Shown one piece after another: positions 57,127 to 64,000 of a DNA stretch of 64,000 nucleotides; the stretch's first letter is position 1, and the number at the start of each line of letters is the position of its first letter. Below the pieces are notes generated by a model that was not told where the DNA came from, did not search any database, and saw only the letters and a list, made by a program, of their open reading frames with translations. Both the position numbers and the translations under genes were made by a program. Source of the DNA: Candidatus Siliceabacter maunaloa (lineage in GTDB: Bacteria; Actinomycetota; Thermoleophilia; Solirubrobacterales; Solirubrobacteraceae); assembly GCA_024330185.1 (NCBI GenBank), contig JANDLV010000011.1:19081-83080 (forward strand), given 5' to 3'.

Positions 57127-58827
57127 ATGGACCTGCTGGATCGTCCGCTGCGCACCACCGAGTTCCTCGTCGTCGACACGGAGACCAACGGCCGTGCCGG
57201 CGACGCCTGCGAGCTCACCGAGGTCGGCGCGGTGCTGGTGGGCGGCGGCGAGCTGCACGATCGCTGGGAGGCGCTGGTGGGGGTCCGCGCGCCGCTGTCG
57301 CGCTCCATCCAGCGGTTCACCGGGATCACCCAGGCGATGGTCGACGAAGCGCCGGCCGCGGAGCTCGTCCTCGGGGACCTGGTCGAGCTGCTGAGGGACC
57401 GCGTCCTGGTCGCCCACAGCGCCGCCTTCGACCGCCGTGTGCTTGCCCGGGCCTTCGCCCGCGCTGGGTTGGCCTGGCCCGACCCGCCGGCGCTGTGCAC
57501 GGTCGCGCTGGCGCGGCGCCTCGCGCCCCTGGCGCGCCAGCGCCGGCTGGGGACGCTGGCCGGGGCGCTGGGTATCGACGTGGAGGTCAGCCACCGGGCG
57601 CTGGCCGACGCCGAGACGTGCGCGCGGGTGCTCTGCGCGCTGCTGCCGCGCCTGTGCGCGCACGCGACCACGCCACGCGAGGCACTGGAGCTGCTGCGCC
57701 CGGCGCGCCGGCGGGCGGCCCGGGCCGGCGCGACCGACGGCGCCCCCGACCGCCGCCGCGGCCGGCGGCGCGGTACGCCCGGCCCCGACTGCTCGACGCT
57801 GCCCGACGCTCCGGGCGTCTACGTGTTTCGCAACGCCGAGGGTCAGGCGCTCTACGTGGGCAAGTCGGTCGCCCTGCGCACCCGTGCGCGGGCGCACTTC
57901 GCGCCCTCGGCGCCGCCGGCTCCCTGGCGCGCGCAGGCGGCGACCGTCGAGCACGAGGAGACCGCGTCGGAGCTGGGCGCGCTGCTGGTCGAGCACCGCC
58001 TCATCCGCCGCCTGCGCCCGCCGGGCAACGCGCGGGCCAAGCACGCCGACCCCTACGTGTGGCTGCGCTGCCGCTTCGACGTGGCCTACCCGGTGCTCGA
58101 GGTCGCCGGCGCCCCCGCGCCGGGGAACGCGGTGTCGGTGGGCCCGCTGCGCGGCCGCGCGAGCGCGGTCGAGTTGATGGAGCAGCTCAACTCGCTCTTC
58201 GGGCTGCGCCACTGCGGGCGACGGCTCAAGCTTCGCGAGCACCCGTCGGCCTACGGGCAGATGGGGCGCTGCCTCTCCCCGTGCCTCAACGACCTGGATC
58301 CGAACCTGTACCGCGCGCGGCTGGATGCTGCGCTCGGGCTGTTCACCGGCGAGGAGGGCGATGGGTCGGCGCTGCTGGCGTACGTGGAGGGGCGCATGCG
58401 TGAGGCCGCGGAGGCACAGCGCTACGAGCAGGCGGCGTGGCTGCGCCGGCGGCTGGCGCGGCTGGAGGAGCTGTGTGCCGGGTTGGGGACGCTGCGGCGG
58501 GCCGGCTCGGGCTCGCGGCTGGTGCTGGCTCCCTCGCCGGAGGGGTTGGCGGTGGTCGACGCGCTGTGGCTGAGGGACGGGCGGGTGGCCGGGTTCACCG
58601 CAGGTGTGCGGTCGGTGGGGGAGGTGGAGGCGGTGCTGCGCTCGCCTCGTCCTGTCGATGCCGACGACATCGCCGAGCTGCGGGTGGTCGAGACGTGGCT
58701 GGTCACCGGTGAGGCCGCGGTACTGGAGCTGACCGGGTCGGCTGGTGAGGGAGAGGGTGATGTGAGCGCCTTCGTCGAGGCCACTCTTGGCGCCGCGGCG
58801 CTTGGTCTGCGTCGAGTGTCGAGTTAA
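57127..58827 (+). CDS. DEDD (DnaQ-like) exonuclease fused to GIY-YIG/UvrC-like domain
   Basis: ATG 57127 inside ORF 56935..58827. The exonuclease part carries FLVVDTETNG and HSAAFD..HRALADA. The GIY-YIG part carries GVYVFRNAEGQALYVGKS and ELGALLVEHRLIRRLRPPGN. Confidence 0.8.
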   Translation: MDLLDRPLRTTEFLVVDTETNGRAGDACELTEVGAVLVGGGELHDRWEALVGVRAPLSRSIQRFTGITQAMVDEAPAAELVLGDLVELLRDRVLVAHSAAFDRRVLARAFARAGLAWPDPPALCTVALARRLAPLARQRRLGTLAGALGIDVEVSHRALADAETCARVLCALLPRLCAHATTPREALELLRPARRRAARAGATDGAPDRRRGRRRGTPGPDCSTLPDAPGVYVFRNAEGQALYVGKSVALRTRARAHFAPSAPPAPWRAQAATVEHEETASELGALLVEHRLIRRLRPPGNARAKHADPYVWLRCRFDVAYPVLEVAGAPAPGNAVSVGPLRGRASAVELMEQLNSLFGLRHCGRRLKLREHPSAYGQMGRCLSPCLNDLDPNLYRARLDAALGLFTGEEGDGSALLAYVEGRMREAAEAQRYEQAAWLRRRLARLEELCAGLGTLRRAGSGSRLVLAPSPEGLAVVDALWLRDGRVAGFTAGVRSVGEVEAVLRSPRPVDADDIAELRVVETWLVTGEAAVLELTGSAGEGEGDVSAFVEATLGAAALGLRRVSS

Positions 58828-58859
58828 TCGGCCTGAGGCCGAACAAGTCGACACTCGAC

Positions 58860-59819
58860 TCACGAGAAGGGCAATTCGACGACGGTGGCGGTCGCTTCCG
58901 TGTCCCTCAATGCGAGTTGATCTCCCGGTGACGCCTCGCGGCGCACGAAGGCCAGAGCGATGAGGCCGTGGACCGGGGACTCGACGGCGCTGGCGATCCT
59001 GCCCACCACCTTCTCGCCGCGCAGCAGCTCGGTGCCGACCTCCACGGGCGCCGAAAGCGCCAGCCCGCGCAGGTGCCGGTTGGGCTTGCCGCGCCAGTGC
59101 AGGCGCGCGACGGTCTCCTGGCCGACGTAGCAGCCCTTGGTGAAGCTGACCGCGCGGTCGTTGAGGCCCGCCTCCTGGGGGATCACCGTCTCGTCGAGCT
59201 CGACGCCGTGGCGCGGGCGCCCCGACTCGATGCGAAGGATCTCGGCGGCCTCCTCGGAGACCTCCACGGCGCCGGCGGAGACCAGCGCCGCGCGCACCCG
59301 CTCCACCTCCTCCGCCGCGCACACCACGTCCACGCCCGGGTCGGTGCGCACGATCAGGCAATCGACCCCGCCGATCTCCCCGCGAACGTTCACGTGCTCC
59401 TCAGCAGCAGAAGTTTCGTCGACCCCGGCCACGACCCCAGACCGAGGCCCCACCAGCGACAGCAGCCCCTGCTGGACCGTGCGCTTGTGCAGCTGGACGT
59501 CGTGGCCCAGGCTGAAGCGGCGGACGGTGTCGAACAGCGCCTGGAGGCCGCTGCGCTCGCAGATGAGGAGCAACTCCGAGCCGGTGTCCAGCACGCGCAG
59601 GTCGGCCAGCATCTTGCCCTTGGGGGTCAGGAGTGCGGCGTACTGGCCGTGGCCGGGCTCCAGCGCCTCGATGTCGTTGGTGACCTGGCCGGTCAGGAAG
59701 CTCTTGGCCTCGGTGCCCGTCAGCGCGAGCTTGCCCAGCGCGCTGCGGTCGACGAGGCCGCAGGCCTCGCGCAGCACGCGATCCTGCTCGGTGGGGGTTG
59801 CTGCGACTGTCGTGGCCAT
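58860..59819 (-). CDS. ygfZ: folate-binding YgfZ / glycine-cleavage-T family protein
   Basis: ATG 59819 inside ORF 58860..60128. Motifs: GLVDRSALGKLALTG, and the KGCYVGQETVAR motif. Confidence 0.8.
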   Translation of the reverse strand: MATTVAATPTEQDRVLREACGLVDRSALGKLALTGTEAKSFLTGQVTNDIEALEPGHGQYAALLTPKGKMLADLRVLDTGSELLLICERSGLQALFDTVRRFSLGHDVQLHKRTVQQGLLSLVGPRSGVVAGVDETSAAEEHVNVRGEIGGVDCLIVRTDPGVDVVCAAEEVERVRAALVSAGAVEVSEEAAEILRIESGRPRHGVELDETVIPQEAGLNDRAVSFTKGCYVGQETVARLHWRGKPNRHLRGLALSAPVEVGTELLRGEKVVGRIASAVESPVHGLIALAFVRREASPGDQLALRDTEATATVVELPFS

Positions 59820-59843
59820 GGTCCCCAGGATAGGATCGAGGTG

Positions 59844-60206
59844 ATGGCGCTCGCAGGCACCTTCCGGGAGATCGTCGACTCCCTGCCCGACGACTGGACC
59901 GACCTCGAGCTCGACCTGCGCCTCCTCGACGAGAGCCGGTACATCGACGCGGCCAGCTTCCTGGTCACCTGCAACGCCCAGCCCTACTCCAAGCACGACT
60001 GGCACTTCCGTCTGCTGGTGGCCCATCGCTTCGGCCATGCCGCCGCCGCGCCCACGGTGCACGGCACGCTCAAGCTCCTCGACGACGCGAGCATCCCCGG
60101 TGAGCTCGCCGTGCGCCAGGTCCGCCACGGCCGCGTCGAGGTGACCCAGATGTGGGGGCGGCCCCAGTCGATGCGCGAAGAGTTCCGCCGCATCCGCGCC
60201 CAGTAG
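59844..60206 (+). CDS. hypothetical protein (120 aa)
   Basis: This is the tail of ORF 58968..60206 from ATG 59844. It is divergent from the ygfZ-like gene. No family recognised. Confidence 0.45.
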   Translation: MALAGTFREIVDSLPDDWTDLELDLRLLDESRYIDAASFLVTCNAQPYSKHDWHFRLLVAHRFGHAAAAPTVHGTLKLLDDASIPGELAVRQVRHGRVEVTQMWGRPQSMREEFRRIRAQ

Positions 60207-60208
60207 CC

Positions 60209-60565
60209 GTGGCCCGCGTCGTGGCGCTCATGCCCGACCTGCTGTTCGGCTCCAACGTCCAGGGCGCGCTGGCCGCCGCCGGGCACGAGGTCCAGCTCGT
60301 GGGGGGCGAGGAGGCCGCGCACGCGGCCCTGCCCGGCGCCGACCTGTTCGTGCTCGATCTCGCCGCCGACGCGGACGGGGGCCTCGCCGCGCTGCACGCG
60401 CTGCGGGCTGCCGACGCCCTGGAGGGCGTGCGGGTGCTGGCGGCCTACGCCCACGTCGAGGCCGACACGAAGGCCCGTGCGCAGGCGGCGGGCGTCGACC
60501 TCGTCGTGCCGCGCTCGCGCATGGCCCGCGAGGGGGCCACGCTGGTCGAGCGGCTGCTCGCCTGA
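60209..60565 (+). CDS. receiver (CheY)-like single-domain protein
   Basis: The pattern is ARVVALMPD..LFVLDLAADADG..RVLAAYAHV. The start is uncertain (GTG 60209, GTG 60221 or ATG 60230). Confidence 0.45.
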   Translation: MARVVALMPDLLFGSNVQGALAAAGHEVQLVGGEEAAHAALPGADLFVLDLAADADGGLAALHALRAADALEGVRVLAAYAHVEADTKARAQAAGVDLVVPRSRMAREGATLVERLLA

Positions 60566-60640
60566 GCGGCGCGGCGGGTGGGCGGGCCGTGACCGCTCAG
60601 CCGGCCTCGGTGTCCGCGGCGGACGGGCGACCCGAACCGC

Positions 60641-61636
60641 TCAGCCGGCCTCGGTCTCGACGGGCACGAAGCCACCGTCGAACATCAGCTCGACCTCCGG
60701 CGGCTCGTCGGTGATGCCCACCTCGGCCTCCCACGCCGCCCATTCGCGCAGCTCGGCGGGGTCCAGCTCCCCGATGCGCCCGCCGGCGCGGAACGTGGGC
60801 TCCACCGCCTGTAGCTGGGCCGCCACCGTCTCGCGGTCCAGACCCTCGGTGGCGTCGATGAGGGTGCTCGTCGCGCCCTCGGGGTCGGCCAGCGTGCGCT
60901 CGTAGCCGCGCACGAGGGCGGCGACCGTCGCGCGCACCTCCGAGGGGCGGTCCTGCAGCGTCTCGCGGGTGACCGTGAGCAGCAGCTCGGGGTGGCGCGG
61001 GGCGCCGAAGTCGTCGACGCGGAAGATCTGGGCCTCCGGACGCTCGCGCTGCAGGGCCAGGCCCTCGACGTTCCAGAACGCCGTCGCCCCCGCCACCTCG
61101 CCGCCCAGCAGCGAGGCCACCGCGTTGAAGCCGATGGTCACCCGCTCGACCTCCTCGGGGTCGCCGCCGTCGCCGGCCACCACGGTGTCCAGCACCGCCT
61201 CGTCGCTGGGCAGGCCCGTGACGCCCACGCGCTCGCCCTCCAGGTCGCGCGGGCGCTGCACCGGCGCGGTGGCCACCACCGAGGCCAGGGGCCGGCGCAC
61301 GATTGCCATCACGGCCACGAGGTCGCGGCCCTGCTCGCGGGCCAGCGCGAGATCATGGATGTCCAGCACAGCGAAATCGGTCTCGCCGGCCAGCAGGAGG
61401 CGCACCGCGTCGCTGGAGGAGGAGGGCACCTCGACCTCCAGGTCGATGCCCTCGGCGGTGTCGAAGTCGCGCTGCGTGGCCATGTAGATGCCGGTGTGCA
61501 CCGCGCTGGGCTGGAAGTCCAGCAGCAGGGTCGCCTCGGTGTCCGGGGCGCCGGCGGCCGGGCCGCCACCCGTACCGCAGCCGGCGGCGGCCAGGCACAG
61601 CACCAGCACGAGGGCGAGGAGGCGCACAGAAGGCAT
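60641..61636 (-). CDS. ABC transporter substrate-binding lipoprotein (NMT1/THI5-like)
   Basis: ATG 61636 inside ORF 60641..61723. It has the lipobox LCLAAAGCG and an LLLDFQPSAVHTGIY pattern. Confidence 0.7.
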   Translation of the reverse strand: MPSVRLLALVLVLCLAAAGCGTGGGPAAGAPDTEATLLLDFQPSAVHTGIYMATQRDFDTAEGIDLEVEVPSSSSDAVRLLLAGETDFAVLDIHDLALAREQGRDLVAVMAIVRRPLASVVATAPVQRPRDLEGERVGVTGLPSDEAVLDTVVAGDGGDPEEVERVTIGFNAVASLLGGEVAGATAFWNVEGLALQRERPEAQIFRVDDFGAPRHPELLLTVTRETLQDRPSEVRATVAALVRGYERTLADPEGATSTLIDATEGLDRETVAAQLQAVEPTFRAGGRIGELDPAELREWAAWEAEVGITDEPPEVELMFDGGFVPVETEAG

Positions 61637-61713
61637 CGGGCGCTCAGGATACGATCGCGGCGCCCGGAGCGCAGTCGTAGCCCGGCCACCACCGACACCC
61701 AGGAGGCCCACCC

Positions 61714-62511
61714 GTGGAAGCACGCGCAGCCGAGCTCGAGGAGCGGGGAGCCGCCGCCTACATCGCCGAGTTCGTCGGGACGTTCCTGCTCGTGCTCTTC
61801 ATCTGCGTGGCCGCCTCGCAGAGCGGTGGCACCGGCGTGACGGACTTCGCGGTCATCGGCCTCGTGTACTTCCTGGCCCTGGCCGTCCTCGTCGCCGTGC
61901 TGGGCGGCGTGTCGGGCGGGCACTTCAACCCGGCGGTCAGCGTCGCGCTGGCCGCGCTGCGCAGGATCGCTCCCGCCGACGCGGCGATCTACGTCGTCTG
62001 CCAGCTCGCCGGCGGCGTGGCCGCGGCGCTGGTGGTCGGGCTGATGACCGGCGCCGCCGGCGATGTCGCCAACCTCGGCGCGCTGGCGCCCGACGAGGCC
62101 TTCGGCATGACCGTGTGGAGCGTTGCCCTGGCCGAGCTGCTGGGCACGTTCATCCTCATGGGCGCGATCATGGGCACCGCGGTGGCCCGCGGCGACACGG
62201 AGCGTTGGGCGCCGCTGATCATCGGCGGCGCGCTGGGCCTGGGCGCGCTGGCTTTCGCTCCGCTGACCGGCGCGGGGTTCAACCCGGCGCGCGCCTTTGG
62301 TCCGGCCATCGCCAGCGGCCAGTTCGGCGGCGCCGACGTCTTCATCGTCGGCTACGTCCTCGCGCCCGTCCTGGGCGCCCTGGCCGCCGCGTTCGGCTAC
62401 CAGGCGCTGGCGCCGCGCGGGTGGACGAGCTACCGCCCGGCGGACACGCTGGACGAGAGCCCCGTCGAGCGGCTGGCGGAGGAGCGGATCGCCGAGCGGC
62501 CGGCGGAGTAG
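61714..62511 (+). CDS. MIP-family channel (aquaporin/glycerol facilitator)
   Basis: Two NPA boxes (HFNPAVSVA and GFNPARAFG) and six hydrophobic helices. Confidence 0.85.
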   Translation: MEARAAELEERGAAAYIAEFVGTFLLVLFICVAASQSGGTGVTDFAVIGLVYFLALAVLVAVLGGVSGGHFNPAVSVALAALRRIAPADAAIYVVCQLAGGVAAALVVGLMTGAAGDVANLGALAPDEAFGMTVWSVALAELLGTFILMGAIMGTAVARGDTERWAPLIIGGALGLGALAFAPLTGAGFNPARAFGPAIASGQFGGADVFIVGYVLAPVLGALAAAFGYQALAPRGWTSYRPADTLDESPVERLAEERIAERPAE

Positions 62512-62583
62512 GCCGACCCGCAGGCGAGCCGCCGGTTGGCGCCCTACCCCCGTGGAGCGGGGGCAATGCGCCACACGTCGAGC

Positions 62584-63375
62584 TCAGGCCGGGACGGCCA
62601 GGCCGCCACTGCGCCGGGCCATCACGGCCAGCAGCGCGGCGCCGCCGAGCATGCAGGCGATGGCCAGCACCTGGGCCTGGGTCAGTCCGGCCAGCTCCGC
62701 CTGGTTGCGGCGCACGAACTCGACGAGCAGGCGCTCGAGCCCCGCGCCGATCAGGTAGAGCCCGAACAGCGTGCCCGGGCGGAAGCGGTCGCGCAGTCGC
62801 CACAGGACGTAGGCCAGCAGGCCCATGGAGAGCGTCTCGTAGATCGGGCTGGGGTGGACCGCGTCGTCGGTGGGCACGACGCCGTCGGGATAGGGCATGG
62901 CCCACGGCAGCCCGCTTGGTACGCCGTAATCGCCGTCGCCGGAGATCTGGCACCCGATACGCCCGATCGCGTAGCCCAGCGGGAGGCCGATCGCGGCGAT
63001 GTCGACCAGGTGGGGGATGTCCATGCCGCGCCAGCGCACCCAGGCCAGCACGGCCAGGGCGCCCCCGGCCAGCCCGCCGTACCACGTCAGCCCCGAGCCG
63101 CTGAGCAGGCCCGCGAAGGTCAGCTCGGCCCCGTTGTCGACGATCCAGTAGAGCTTGGCGCCGACCAGCCCGCCGCCCAACGCGACGAAGACGAGCTCGT
63201 AGGCCCAGTCGCTCGGGCGACCCAGCTCCACCAGCCGCCGCGAGGCCACCGCGCCCCAGGCCAGGAAGTTCAGCCCGAAGAACAGGCCGAACATCTGGAT
63301 GGACACGCCCAGGATCTCGACATCGGCGAGCACGGCCGGGAGCGTATCCCGGCCGACGAGAGCGCCCGCCTCCAC
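62584..63375 (-). CDS. lgt: prolipoprotein diacylglyceryl transferase
   Basis: Motifs: LTWYGGLAGG, AIGRIGCQISGDGDYG and HPSPIYE. Confidence 0.9.
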   Translation of the reverse strand: MEAGALVGRDTLPAVLADVEILGVSIQMFGLFFGLNFLAWGAVASRRLVELGRPSDWAYELVFVALGGGLVGAKLYWIVDNGAELTFAGLLSGSGLTWYGGLAGGALAVLAWVRWRGMDIPHLVDIAAIGLPLGYAIGRIGCQISGDGDYGVPSGLPWAMPYPDGVVPTDDAVHPSPIYETLSMGLLAYVLWRLRDRFRPGTLFGLYLIGAGLERLLVEFVRRNQAELAGLTQAQVLAIACMLGGAALLAVMARRSGGLAVPA

Positions 63376-63378
63376 CTC

Positions 63379-64000
63379 TCAGCGGAACAGGTCCTCCTCC
63401 AGCGGCCGTACGAGCGCCGCGGCGCCGGGTCCGTCCTGTGCGGTCACGTGGCGCTCCAGGCCGCGCACCAGGACCGCCGGCTCGCGTGACGCCTTGTCGC
63501 GGGCCAGGTCGGCCGTCGCCGCGGCCTGGTCGGCGACGGCGATCACGGTGGCGCGCAGCTCCCGGCCGGCGCTGTCGCGGCGCCCGCGCCAGTCGTCGAG
63601 CGCGACGAGCCCCGCGATGCCGATGGCCACGTCGCACTGGCCGTGGCGCCACGCGCGACCGAACGAGTCGCTGACCACCACGGCCGGCCCCGCGCCGGTC
63701 AGCGTGCGCAGGCGGGCGCGCAGCGCGCGGGCGGAGGCGTCGGGGTCGCTGGGCAGGAGGATCAGCTCGCCCTCCGCTGCCGCGTTGGACGCGTCGACCC
63801 CGGCGTTGGCGCACACGAACCCGTGCCGGGTGCGCGCGATGAGCACGCCGCGTTGGGCGCGCACGAGCTCGACGGCCTCGTCGAGCACGATCTGCACCGC
63901 GCGCGGCTCCTTGCCGTGCTCGGCGGCCAGCCGGCGGGCTTCGTCGCCGGCATCGACCTCGCCGAGGGCGACGACCGCCCCCTCGGCCTTGGAGACCACC
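63379..64000 (-). CDS. cofE: coenzyme F420-0:L-glutamate ligase (N-terminus beyond window end)
   Basis: Motifs: VSKAEG, HGFVCANAGVDASN and VSDSFGRAWRHGQCDVAIG. The frame is still open at base 64000. Confidence 0.85.
   Translation of the reverse strand, partial: VVSKAEGAVVALGEVDAGDEARRLAAEHGKEPRAVQIVLDEAVELVRAQRGVLIARTRHGFVCANAGVDASNAAAEGELILLPSDPDASARALRARLRTLTGAGPAVVVSDSFGRAWRHGQCDVAIGIAGLVALDDWRGRRDSAGRELRATVIAVADQAAATADLARDKASREPAVLVRGLERHVTAQDGPGAAALVRPLEEDLFR

Overview
Very GC-rich window (about 70% by eye), apparently from a high-GC Actinomycetota-type chromosome (MMPL transporter, DUF1707, dodecin, F420 cofE, VapBC pairs, GTGA/ATGA-coupled genes). I saw no rRNA, tRNA, CRISPR array or intact mobile element. 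Many very long ORFs in the track are GC-driven antisense or composite artefacts. Start coordinates were refined by hand from where homology begins. Three things stand out. (1) About 2.9-26.5 kb is an iron-box-flanked hydroxamate siderophore island. It holds a divergent MMPL transporter, a 3890-aa three-module NRPS ((half C)-A-T-E-C-A-T-E-C-A-T, no release domain), a type II thioesterase, an asymmetric exporter-fold ABC heterodimer, an Fmt-like formyltransferase, an Sfp-type PPTase, a siderophore-type binding lipoprotein, MbtH, and an Orn/Lys N-hydroxylase. The logic resembles coelichelin, but two of the three A-domain codes could not be assigned, so the product is probably a new tri/tetrapeptide hydroxamate. 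A 17-codon mbtH stub and half a condensation domain mark a rearrangement at the NRPS 5' end. (2) About 26.5-30.7 kb has three neighbouring genes with in-frame short-repeat insertions. A perfect 24-bp x6 array splits a conserved motif of a YyaL-like protein. One copy of the same unit sits, in inverted orientation, in frame in the adjacent ridA. (3) About 31-57 kb is a dispersed ethylmalonyl-CoA-type acyl-CoA island: ccr, an ecm/meaA-like B12 mutase, meaB, an Mcl-type lyase, a MaoC hydratase and an ACAD. It also carries a natural SucC-SucD fusion translationally coupled to a one-cluster ferredoxin-like protein, unknown small ORFs coupled to ccr and meaB, and two VapBC modules. The remainder is housekeeping (glnA, pckG, moaA, clpS, lgt, sigma factor, aquaporin, cofE).
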